Source of the DNA: the human T2T-CHM13v2.0 reference genome, Homo sapiens
Direction: 5' to 3' (one strand)
Assembly: GCF_009914755.1 (NCBI RefSeq)
Contig: NC_060930.1
DNA length: 64,000 nucleotides
In this document: piece after piece, positions 30,290 to 42,349 of the stretch
Numbering within the stretch: position 1 is the first letter of the stretch
Layout: the number at the start of each line of letters is the position of its first letter
The notes under the pieces: model-generated
The model's input: only the letters and a program-made list of their open reading frames with translations
Told to the model about the DNA's origin: nothing
The model's database searches: none
Made by a program: the position numbers and the translations under genes

Positions 30290-31400
30290 GAGGGTGTTCC
30301 AGGAAGAGGCAAGAGAGAGTGCTACATTTTTGAGACTACAGTACAAGCTACCTATTCTTGTTCAAGAAATAACAAGGAGAACAATGTGGCAGAATCCAGA
30401 ATGAGAAGGAGTGATAGGATAGGAGATGAGAATGAGGGTGGTGGGGGGAGGATTCAAACAGAGAATTTATAAAATTTGACTTGTATTTTTAAAGTATTGT
30501 TCCCTTCTGTAATGGACAAGAGTGGAAAAGGCAAACTCATTAGTATGTTATTAAATAATCAAGGTAAAAGATAATGCTTGCTAGGACCAGAGTTTGCCAA
30601 AGAGGACATGTTGAGTAGTGGTTGGATTCTGGATATATTTTGAATGTAGAGCTGACAAAATTTAACAGTTTCATTGGCAGAGTGTAAAAGATACAGAGAA
30701 CTCAAAAATGACTCCAAGGGTTGGACCTGACAACTATAAGATTTTTAACCATTGTGGCCATTTATAGAGTTGGTGGGGGAAAATCAGGAGTTGGTTTTGA
30801 ACTTGGAGGAGCTTATCAAACATACAGGACAAATATGGAATTGGATGTATACTTATACAAGATCCTAAGGTTCAGAGAAGTCTGAACAGAAGATATAAAT
30901 TTGGAAGTTGGCAGCAAATACACCTCATGGTATTTAAGGGTGGTACATTTAAAGCCATTAGACTGCGTGAGATCATCAAGTGTAGAAAGAAGAGACAAGG
31001 AATCCAAGAGCTGAAGCCTGAGGTACTCCTGACACTGGGACATGAAAAAGGACAAGTATAAAAGGACTGAAGGAGCGCGCAGCAAGGGAGAAGGAAAACC
31101 CGGAGGTCTTGATAACCAGGAAAGCAAGTGTAAGGGGGGGCATCAAGGAATGGGGTGGGAAATAATCACCTGTTCATGCTGATAGGCGTCAAGGAAGATG
31201 GCATGTAAGCCTTGAATTTAGGTGGCAAAAATCACAATTACTTTCACACCAACCTAATAGCAATATAGAAGTAATCTGTAACCTTGACAAAAGCTGTTGC
31301 AGTGACTGGTGGAGATTAAAAACTTGCCTAGGATGGGTTCAATATAAAATCAAAGAGGAAGAATTAGAGACAGCTGGTGTAAAACTTTGTCTTTCAAGGT
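30290..31400. mobile_element. L2 fragment
   Basis: Purine-rich L2 signature (gattctggatatattttgaatgtagag, gatataaatttggaagt). Confidence 0.65.
31218..31258. mobile_element. Internally deleted MADE1 (Hsmar1 MITE)
   Basis: ttaggt-ggcaaaaatcacaattactttcacaccaacctaa matches the MADE1 right half/TIR plus the first bases of the left TIR. Confidence 0.8.
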
Positions 31401-33959
31401 GACTTTTTGGTATGCTAATGGAGAATAATTTATATCAAATTTTTCATAGCTCTAGCCAGGAATTTATTATTACACTCTTGTGAGTCTTACAGGTCCTAAG
31501 TTTGAAAATCCCTCCTCCCGCCTATGGTTGCTGTTGTCTAACCAGTCATGCTTCAGTGTAGCAAGTGATTTAAAAATTAAATGAAAATTCATGCTAATTC
31601 TTAAGTGGCCAAAATTTGCAGTTGTCAGTGATTCTCATCAATCTAATAACAAAACAGGAACTTAGAGGCCAAGGACAAAAGTAAAAGTTCTTTTTGCAGT
31701 TCCTGTCTCTTAGAAAGGATGTTTAATCAGCCAAAAGGAGTTAATGAATTTCAAAAATACATCTTGAAAATTTCCTTTTAAAATATTGTTTAGTATCCAG
31801 CATCCTTTACATCCTTTATTTTAAAGAAAACAACATTGAAAAGTGAATTAGTGGAATTACAACTGCCGGAAATTTCTGCTAAATAGTATATGCAGCAGTT
31901 TGTAGGAATAGGGATGTTTTGGAAACAGGATGAAATAAAAATTAAATACGTTGCTTTACTAAACTGAGCCCTTTTCAACTTAGTTTCTTAAATTTCACAT
32001 ACTAATGCAGAAACTCAAATTGGTTTAAACTTCTCTACACTGCTCATGCTTAGATATTAGGACTGAAAGAACCTTCTAAAGTCATTACAACTTTTCTACT
32101 AAGTCTTTAGACAGGATTAAATTATTTCAGATAGAAGAAAATTTAGCCTAATTTTAAAGACCCTCAAAGAAGGCAGTTTAAACTTTCCTTAGCAATTTCT
32201 TCATTTACTTGTAAAATAGTTTTCTTCGTAACTACCAAAAGGTACATTCTGCATTGATAAACATTAAGTAGCTGATCTTTAAGGCTTATTTTCTGTTATT
32301 TCATCTATTTTAATCTGAGTTGCAAATTGCAGCGTGGTAATTGTAGTTTACCAAGATAGACCTGAATGAGTGGCTAACTTTACTACTAAAACAGTATGAC
32401 CTTCAGTAAATTACTTTACTTTTGTAATGACATTTCTTCATCTCTAAAATGATAAGATTATAGAATCCCAAGAAAGAAGGATGAAGAAATAGGGACTTCA
32501 GATAAGACACGTGTCACATTTAGGGATGTCAGTTATTGCGTGGTTTCACATTAGACTCTAAAACTCATGCTTGACTCATTCATCTCATGTATCCCCAGCA
32601 CTTAGCATAGTACCTGACTTGAGTAAATAATAAATAACTGTTGACTTACTGGAAATGAGGGTGCTTCATAGGGAGTAAACATTTGCACTTAGCCTTGGAG
32701 GAAAAGAGACTGGGCAGAAAGGAAACCATGTTAGATAAGAGAGAATAGCATAAGAAGAGAATGCAGGTAAGACAGGAATCCAATCTTGATTGAGGGAAAT
32801 GGAAATAAGACTGAGTGTCCACAATGTAGAGGGCCTTGAATGCCAGATTAAACTGTATTTACATTGAGCCAGTCTTATAATGTCTCAAAGCCTTAGTGTG
32901 AGTAAAATGTGACCTGCCTAAATTTCGAGGTTTTGATGAAGACCAAGTAGAGGAAAATGTGTGGAAATGCTTTATAACCTGTAGAATGCTATAAAGATGT
33001 CAGTCCAAGACTTTAATCTTGTCTTGGATTTATCTTACGTATCCAACTAGCATTTAATATGTATCTTCTATCCATGGCATATTGGTTTATTTATCTTTAT
33101 TCTCCAAGTATTTCCTTATTTCTATCTTTGCTTGTACTTTTCCTTCTCTCCAGAATCTTGTTATTGCTTCCATTTTTTCACATCTTACCCATCTTGCATG
33201 GCCAAACTAAAGTATCATTTCCTTTACCTTATTCTGTTTTTTCTTCATTCTCTGAACTGTTCCATGTACTTACTATAGGAAACAGGTTTAATACTTCCTA
33301 CTAAGTGTTTTTATAGTAACAGTTCTTTGTATTTTAATTTCATATCGATAGCCAGATGAGTAGCTCCCTAAGGGTGGAAATAATGTATTGACTTATTTTA
33401 TATATCCCATATTGCTAATTAAAGGTCTTAATTAACAGCAAACTTTTACAGAGCCTAAAAGTATGTTGAGGTTAACTATACATACCTTATGTTTTTCCCC
33501 AAAGAGGGAAAGTTTAAAAATTTAGGGTAATTAATTACCTTCATTAGTTTTCATTGCTGGAGCATAGGTTAATAATAAACATTTTAAAAGAATGTCATTT
33601 TGCAGATACTGAATTCAAGTGAACATAGAGACTCAAATCTGATACTAATCCAGCATTTGTAGCCCTTCAATTCTAATTGCTCAGGATTTTGAAAAATTAA
33701 AAATAATCTGGAAAAGTCAGTGCTTTAGCACATATTCTTTGCTCTGAAAAAATGAAAAAGGAAGAAAAAGGTGAACCACAGGATATTGCTGTTTCTGTAG
33801 GCCTAAAACACTGGAAATTTCAAGTCATTCTATCTAACTGTATCATAAACGTAACAGAACTTCCTAAATCCAATAGCCACTTACATACCACAGAAATAAT
33901 GATCTCTTGTACTACCACAGAAATTTCAGTTAGAATCAGTTAAGCTTTCATACATTGGA

Positions 33960-35760
33960 GATATGTATACTTCCTGAGCAACTACTGCATACTGGTCACA
34001 AAGCCAAGTGCTTGGTATAAACAACAGATAGACTCTGCTTTTAATGAGCTTATATTGTAAGGTATGTGGGTGTTTTGAGGGTCTGGGAGGACACTTTGTC
34101 AGCATCCTTATATAATTATAAACTATGATAAATGTTGTTTTAAAAAAAGATGTAAGATTACCGGAGAGTCTGACCTTTGATTGGGAACATCAGGAAAACC
34201 TTTCTGAGGAAGTGGCATTTGATCTGGCATATGAGGAATGAGCTGAGTAGGGGTGGGTTAGCTGGGTGAGGAAGAAAAAAGACAATAGGCAAACAGGTTG
34301 TATGGGCCATGGCATGTGTAGTAACAGAAAAAAATGCATAGCTGGGTAGTAGTCAGTGAATGGGATAGGGACATTGAGAAGAGGTTGGACAATCAAGAAC
34401 CAGGTAGAGTAGACCCTTGTATCCAAAGTTAGAGTTTATTTTGCATTTTAAATGAAAAGATTGACACGAATGGATTTATATTTTAGAAAGATCACTGTAC
34501 TCAGAGCACTAGATGAGGAAGGTGTGGTAGGGGCTAGGGCAAGAATAGAAGTTGGGACAAATTAGGGGGCTATTTCAGTGAAAATGGGGAGATGAAGACC
34601 AATCAAGGTATGTTTCAAAAGGAAAATCAACTGGATTCTTGGTGAATTAGGTAAGGGAGTGGGGGGAGAGGCAAAGTATAGAGAGAGCTGTTAAAAATGA
34701 CTCCTCCCATTTACTTGAGAGTGAAGTTCCCAGAGGAAAGGAGAGGTGGTAGGGGGATCAAAAGAACAGTTTTAATTTTAATTGTATGTGAGACATCCAA
34801 GTGGTGATGTCACATAGTCGGGTATTTGTCAAAGCAGATTCTGGCTAGATTCATAAATTTAAGAATAATAAATTTATCAATAGTATTTAAAGCTATGGGA
34901 AGGCATATGAAGAGGTTAAAAAAAAAAGCTAGATGGCAGGATCATGATGTTTGTATGAATCTGGTAGGTGGTGTAATGGCTTAAGACAGCCCCACTGTGA
35001 GATAATAAATGGCAACTGATATGATGTATGAACTTGAGATGGAGGAGAGGGAGAATGAATGAACATACATTATCTGAAGGGAACTGCCTCTATTCATTCA
35101 GCTCAGATAATTATTACTAAATAAATCTGGGCCCAGATATTTCATTTTTAAAAGAGAAGTTAGAAATTTGGCTTTTATGTAACTTTTCCCATATTTGGAT
35201 ATATAAAACATAATTCATATTTAAAATTCTATATGAGTTATTATTGATTGCGCCCACTATTTTGCACTCTGTCCTAGGACAGAGTATTTAAAATTACTTG
35301 AAGGTCAGCTAGAGGATTAGGAGCCAAAGGAGGTTAGAGAGAAACCAAGAGAATAGAGTGTCACAAAAACTAGAGATAGAGAAGGTTTCACAAAGATTGG
35401 CATAGTCCAGGGCTTTTAATATATTTACAGAGTGTAGCAGTTTGGTAAGATGATACCTAAAAAGTGTCCCTTGGATTTTCTAGTGTAGACTAGGCAGTTG
35501 ATATTAGCAAGAGCAATTCCTCAAATGAACTGACAACTTAAGTGAGGAACAGGCTGACGCATGTGGGCTCCCTGCCAGTAAAAGACACAGGCATATTCAA
35601 ATTCCCTGACCTTTTGTGTTACTGGAGAATATGAACTATACAGAAAAGAAATATACCCTCCCCACCCCACAGAGTGAACTGAGTGGTGAAGTAGTGAAGA
35701 CTAAATGTGGATACTTCTGTTGGAAAGCTCATTTGTGAAGTGGAGCAAAATGTCATACCT
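33960..35760. mobile_element. L2 fragments
   Basis: tttctgaggaagtggcatttgatctg, tttagaaagatcactg, gagacatccaagtgg motifs. Confidence 0.6.
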
Positions 35761-36001
35761 GGAAGAAAATCAGAATCAATGTATAGATTTTTAAATTGAA
35801 TATGTAAGAGGAGTGTTTGATAAGGAAATGTGATACAAATTTAGTAATTTAGGGGTTAATTTTTTTTTAGTTTTCTGTACAGAAGCTGCCTGTAGTAGTA
35901 TCTAGAGACTCACATTATAGAATACTCAACTAAGTATCTGGACCACCTGCTGCATTTGTACTTATCAGTGACTTCGTGGATCTTTGCAAAAGGATACTTT
36001 C

Positions 36002-36303
36002 TTTCTTTTTTTTTTTTTTTTTTTTGGCCGGGAGGAGGTCCGGAGCTGGGCTGGTGCAGTGGCGCAGTCTTGGCTCACTGCAACCTCTGCCTCCTGGGTT
36101 CACGTGATTCTCATGCCTCAGCCTTTTGAGTAGCTGGGATTACAGGTGTGTGCCACCATGCCCGGCTAATTTTTTGTGTTTTTCATAGAGACGGGGTTTC
36201 ACCATATTGGCCAGGCTGGTCTCCAACTCCTGAGCTCTGGCAATCCACCCTCCTTGGCCTCCCAAAGTGCTAGGATTACAGGCATGAGCCACTGTGCCTA
36301 GCC
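36002..36303 (-). mobile_element. AluS with non-consensus 3' end
   Basis: Antisense Alu; 36026-36048 is not Alu consensus. Confidence 0.9.
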
Positions 36304-36319
36304 CTCTATTTCTTTATTT

Positions 36320-36603
36320 CTTTTTTTTTTTTTTTTTTTTTTTTTTTTGAGACAGAGTCTCTCTCTGCTGCTCAGGCTGGAGTGCAGTGGCGTCTGCCTC
36401 CTGGCTTCAAGTGATTCTCCTGCCTCAGCCTCCCGAGTAGCTGCAACTACAGGCACGTGCCACCACGCCCAGCTAATTTTTGTATTTTCAATAGAAACAG
36501 GGTTTCACTGTGTTGGCCAGGCTGGTCTTGAACTTCTGACCTCATGATCTGCCTGCCTCAGCCTCCCAAAGTGGTGGGATTACAGGCATGAGCCACCGTG
36601 CCT
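36320..36603 (-). mobile_element. AluS with ~25-nt internal deletion, tandem to the previous Alu
   Basis: gtgcagtggcg|tctgcctcc lacks the cgatctcggctcactgcaacc segment. Confidence 0.9.
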
Positions 36604-36624
36604 GTTTTCAAATAGTAAAACCAC

Positions 36625-36815
36625 GTTCGCTCTGGAACGCTAATGTGCGTATAAATCACCTGGTGGTCTTGTAGTGCAGGTGCAGGCTGGCACTTGTAGA
36701 TCAGGTTCAGTAGATCTGGGGTGGGCTTGAAGATTCTGCATTTCTAACAAGTTCCCAAGTGATAACGATGCCACTATAAAGGTCAGTGGAAAATATAAAC
36801 TAAAAATCACTAGCA
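36625..36815. mobile_element. MER5A (hAT-Charlie)
   Basis: aaatcacctgg...gattctgcatttctaacaagttcccaagtgat. Confidence 0.75.
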
Positions 36816-36924
36816 CATCCAAAATTCTAAGAGATTTTTATATTTTTTAATGCAAATTTTTATCTTACATCCTGTAACATTAGCATATCATGTTACATTA
36901 GTTTTAAGACATAGAAGAAGAGGC

Positions 36925-37085
36925 AGCTAACAGGTTCTTCATGATCTTTTCAGTTAACCCAATGAGGTATTATTTTTCCCTTTTTAGAATCAGGGTAACT
37001 GAGGTTCAGAGCTGTTAACTAGCATGTGACTAGTTAAAAAGTCAGGTTTACCTGCCTATCAGTCTAGCATTTGCTTTAACCACCA
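36925..37085 (-). mobile_element. MIR
   Basis: atgaggtattattttt...aactgaggttcagag. Confidence 0.6.
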
Positions 37086-37521
37086 CATCTTAATTTTCTT
37101 TTTATTTTTTTCTTGATTTGTACAGATCTGTTTTTTTGTCTTTAGTGAAAATAATTCAATCTATTGTTATTTTTATATTTAGTCTTAGATTTCTACTTTA
37201 GCCTATTTCTCCCCTGTGCAGAAGAGTTGCAAATTTTGCTGGAAGGACACTCCTGTTTTTCCGTTGCATATCCTTTCTGAAATGTTATATGATAAAAGAG
37301 AACTGGGCGTATGTTTTGAGGACAATAGCTTTTCATGAATTCTGTCAAGCCTTAAATACTTGGTGGATTCCAGCAATAGGGTGGGGTATTGCCAGTTTCT
37401 TTTAGAGCTGTAATCTGCAAAAATAGGTTTTATCTCAGAAATATGATATAGGTCATCATAAATGTTTACTTTTTACTTCTTTACCATAGTCCAATGTTGA
37501 TATAAAAATGCTCTCTTTTAG

Positions 37522-37630
37522 AATGTGAAACACAGGAAGTATGCCAGATGGAAGGCAACATACATCCATAATTGTTTAAAGAATGGGGAGACTCCTCAAG
37601 CAGGCCCTGTTGGAATTGAAGAAGATAATG
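37522..37630 (+). CDS. VTA1: VTA1 exon 5 (109 nt): NVKHRKYARWKATYIHNCLKNGETPQAGPVGIEEDN
   Basis: Acceptor ctctcttttAG|AATG; donor ATG|GTatgt; contains the conserved KYARWKA motif. Confidence 0.97.
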
Positions 37631-37672
37631 GTATGTATTTATTCTGAGTAAAAGGACTTAGTAGAATCATAA

Positions 37673-38148
<476 letters not shown>

Positions 38149-38812
38149 TCCTACTTTTAATCAGATTTCATTCCTGTTACATAGGAAAGGCAATCCATTT
38201 ATAATTTATAAAATGTTTTCAAACCACGAAGAATACCGTATCATTTTTTGTAAATCTATTTGAGTTATGTAGGTTATTTGCGGAGTTAGTAATACATTCA
38301 CATGGTTCAAAAAAATTGTAGAGTATATAAAAAATATGAAGTGAATTTCTCCTGTCTACCACATCCCCCGTCTTCCCAGATCCTACCAAAACTCAAGTAA
38401 GCATTTTTAGTTTTTTTTGTGTATCTTTACAGAGATCATTTTTTATGAATTTACTACCAAGTAGAAACATATATGCTCCATTTTTTCATACAACTGGTAA
38501 TATACATACTGTTCTGTACCTGGCTATGTTTTTTTTTAACTTAATATGTACAGGAAAATTTTACCATCACACAGTGCGTTTTACAAATTTTAATCATGAA
38601 AAAATAAAGGTCTCATTATTTTACTTGGCCTTTCAGTTAATGTGTAATAGAAAAGGGAAACCTTTTTTCACTTACTTGTTTTTTATGTATTAGACGTAGT
38701 AAATAGATGGTTATAAAGAGAACGACCACTGTTCTTGGAACTGAGAAAATTCCAAACGATCCTTGCATTTTGTTACACACTTTTATGCATTTGTGAAGAT
38801 AATTATCCAATG

Positions 38813-39021
38813 CAGGCATCAGTAAACTTTCTTAAAGGATCAGATAATAAATATTTTCAGTTTATGAATGATACTGTCTTTGTTGCAGCTGTTTAGCTCT
38901 GCTGTTGTAGTACAGAAGTAGCCATAGATAATATGTAAAAAAATGAGTGTGGTTGTGTTCCAGTAAAGCTTTATTTACAGTTAACAGCCTGCCAGCCCAC
39001 TGGCCATAGTTGGCCAACCCC
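38813..39021. mobile_element. MER58A (hAT-Charlie)
   Basis: caggcatcagtaaacttt...gttccagtaaagctttatttaca...ggccatagttggccaacccc. Confidence 0.8.
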
Positions 39022-40207
39022 AATCTAATTAATCTCTTTAGATCTATTATTATAATGAATTATATTGAAAGATTGCCTATTATTGAACCAGTTTTACATT
39101 GTGTGATAAACCCCACTTGGTCATGATATATTATTTTTTTATTATACTGATAGGTTCAGTTCACTACTATATCATTTAGGATTTTTATGTTGACATTTAT
39201 AACTAAAGATGGTCTACAGTTTTCCTTTTTGGTATCAATGTTATGATGTTATGCTTACTTCATAAATATACTCAGAATATTTCTAGTCTTTTTCTGTGCT
39301 TTGGAACAGTGGAATTATCTGGTCTTTAAATGCACCCTGGAAATTTTTTGTGAAACCAACTAGCTGTTTTACTTTTCGGGACTATTTTAGATGTTGCATT
39401 TTAGGTATATTGAAATACCTAATAAATTGTCAATTTGGGGTTTTCGGCATTCTTTCCATATCAGTAACTTCTCTAATCTTAAAACTCTTTAACATTTTGC
39501 CTTTGAAAGTAGGAAGTGTGCATTTTGATTATCACGTTGATCTGTTTTGTTCTGAAATGGTTATTGTAGGCCCTTACGATTAATAATGCTAACTAAATAG
39601 ATTATTAAATGTAGACAGTTTTTGTTTTCCAAAAGTCAGCTTAAATGGAAGTTGTCATTTCTGTTATTTATTTTCATACATATTTGCTGGAGTTTCTGGA
39701 TAGTGGAAAATTGTAAGCTACAGAATACTAATAATAAATCCTCTACAATATAAAGGAGAATATTTTCACTGCATACTTTTTCAACTCATTAACTTAAAAC
39801 ATAACCTGTTGTCATAATCAGGGCTTAATGTCATAACCTCTAATAATGTCTTCTCAAAGATAGCCTATATATCTACAAGATATAATGTCATTAAATCTGA
39901 TTTTGTGTGAGAAAAATCTTCTTTAAGACTTTGATTTGTTTTCTTTTTTTGAGTGTAGAATTATATTCTGTTGTGTTTTAGGATTAACTCTTGGAACATA
40001 GTCTAAGTGTAAAAGGTAGTATATTTCACAAAAACCTAATTGTCTATTGTTCTGGCATTGAATTTCTAGTAAAACCGTAGAAAATAATAGATATTGTACT
40101 TAGTTAACTTAGATAAAGAACAAAAGAGTATACACTTTTGAAAACAATACTATGTATTAAGTTCTAGCTGAATACCACATCACTGTGACATTTGAATAGA
40201 TATTACA

Positions 40208-40530
40208 AACAGGCTTCCACTTATGATTTAACGTATACTTTTTCACCTTTAAGAAGATAGCAAAGCAATATGCATTCAATAGAAACTGTACTTCGAGAAC
40301 CCTTACAGTCATTGTTTTTCACCTTCAGTACAGTATTTATTAAATTATATAAAGGCTTTGTGTTAGATGATTTTGCACTAATGTAAGTGCTCTGAGCATG
40401 TTTCATGTAGGCTAGGCTAAGCAATGATGTTCGGTAGCTTAGGTATTTTAAATGCATTTTTTACTTAGATTTTTGACTTACAGTGGGTTTTTTGGGATGT
40501 AACACCATCGTATGTTGATGAGCATCTGTA
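40208..40530 (-). mobile_element. MER47A (Tigger-family MITE)
   Basis: Reverse complement starts cagatgctcatcaacatacgatggtgttacatccc, with the MER47 internal ctagcctac...gctcagagcacttacattag. Confidence 0.8.
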
Positions 40531-40794
40531 TGTAGAATTAATGATATAAAAAAAGAACAGTAGATCATTGAAACCATTCATTTTATATGGTAAATTTGTT
40601 TTGATACAATGTTAAATTTACTGGCAAGTTGCCAGAATGATATAAAGAATTCCAGTATGCCTTTGATCCAGAATTAAACATTCTCTCATTGATTCATAGT
40701 CTGTCCCTCTTTCTCACCCCTTGTCCCCTTTTCTCTCTCCCCACTCCCCCTACCACACATAAAAAACAAAGGACATGAGGTTATTTTATATATT

Positions 40795-40817
40795 TGTGTG
40801 TGTGTGTGTGTGTGTGT
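40795..40817. repeat. (TG)n microsatellite
   Basis: Directly visible. Confidence 0.9.
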
Positions 40818-41736
40818 AAAATTTCAAAATACAACCTGGTGTCATAATCTGGTGTTAATGTCATGATTTTTAGCAGTATCTCCTTAGAAATGGCTTATGG
40901 CTTCACAAGAGGATATCATTATATATATATTTTGAAGTATTTATTAGTAAATTAGAGATATGCTCTTTTACTGCTGAGTACTTCTGTATTTCCTCAGAAG
41001 AGTGGCATTCTTTTTACTACAGTGTACTTATCAAAATCGAGAAGTATAGTATTTATTTAGTGTATCATCTGATTTCCATCTGTATTCAGATTTTAGCAGT
41101 TGACTCAGTAATACCCTTTGTAGTTTTCCTTCTCATGCACATAGATCACACGTTGCATCTGGGTGCCATATCTCTTTAGTCTCCTTAATCTGGAGTAGCT
41201 CCCCAGGATTTCTAGTGTTTCTTTGCCTTGATGCTTTTGAAAAGTACAGTTACTTTTTAACTGTTCCTCAATTTGTTTGTCTGATATTGCCTCATAATTA
41301 GTTTAACCCTATGCATTTTTTGCAGAATAGCCCAAAATAAAGTTGTGTCCTCCCTGCCTTACATTAGAAGTATATGATTTTGGTGAAATATTGGTGATGT
41401 TAACTGATCACTTGGGTAATGTGGTGTCTTCTGGGTTATTCCCCATTAAAATTATTTTTCCCTTTGCTATTAATAAGTAATTTGTGGAAGATACTTTGAT
41501 ATTATGTAAATATCCTATATTTTTTATGCAACTTCACCCCCTGGGTTTAGCATTCATTGATGATTTATCATTCTTTTTATTTTAATTAGTTGGCACTCTA
41601 TCATAAGGATGGACTTTCCAGTCTATACATAAATAAATGTATTTATTCATTTAATTATTTACATCAGTATGGGCTCATGAATTTATATTCAGTGATTATA
41701 ATTCATTACTCATTATTCTTTATTATGATCCTTTAT

Positions 41737-42316
41737 GTGACTCCTGTTGCAGCTTCTGCACCAGTTGTGGCTTCATTACTTGAGCAAATTAACATTCTTT
41801 GGTATCTAGTATACAGCTATTGATCTGGCCAGTGCCTTTTTCTTCATACCTGTCCATAAGGTTCACTAGAAGCAGTTTGCTTTCATCTGGCATGGCCAGC
41901 AGTACACTTCACTGTCCTACCTCAGGGGTATATCAACTCTCCAGCTCTATGTCACAATTTAGTTTGCAGGGATCTTAATACCTTCTTACCCTTCCACAAG
42001 ATATTACACTGGTCCATTATATTGATGACATTATGCTGATTGGACCTAGTGAGCAACTACTCTGGACTTAGTGGTGAGACATTTGCTTCTCAGAGAATGG
42101 GAAATCAAACTGACTAAAGTTCAGGGATGTCAGTGAAATTTCTAAAGGTCCAGTGATATGGGGCATGTCAAGATATTCATACTAAGGTGATATTGTTGCA
42201 TCTAGCCACTCCTACGACCAAAAGAGAGGTACTGTGCCTAGTGGACCTGTTTGGATTTTGGAGTCAACACGTTCCTCATTTGGGTGTATTACTCTGACCC
42301 ATCTGCTGAGTAACTC
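41737..42316 (+). mobile_element. ERVL/HERV-L-like pol (reverse transcriptase) fragment, frameshifted
   Basis: Pieces translate to [34 protein letters not shown] (LPQG 41917-41928) and [12 protein letters not shown] (YIDD 42018-42029). Confidence 0.88.
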
Positions 42317-42349
42317 AATCTTCTTTTCTTTTTCCTTTATCTTAACTAT

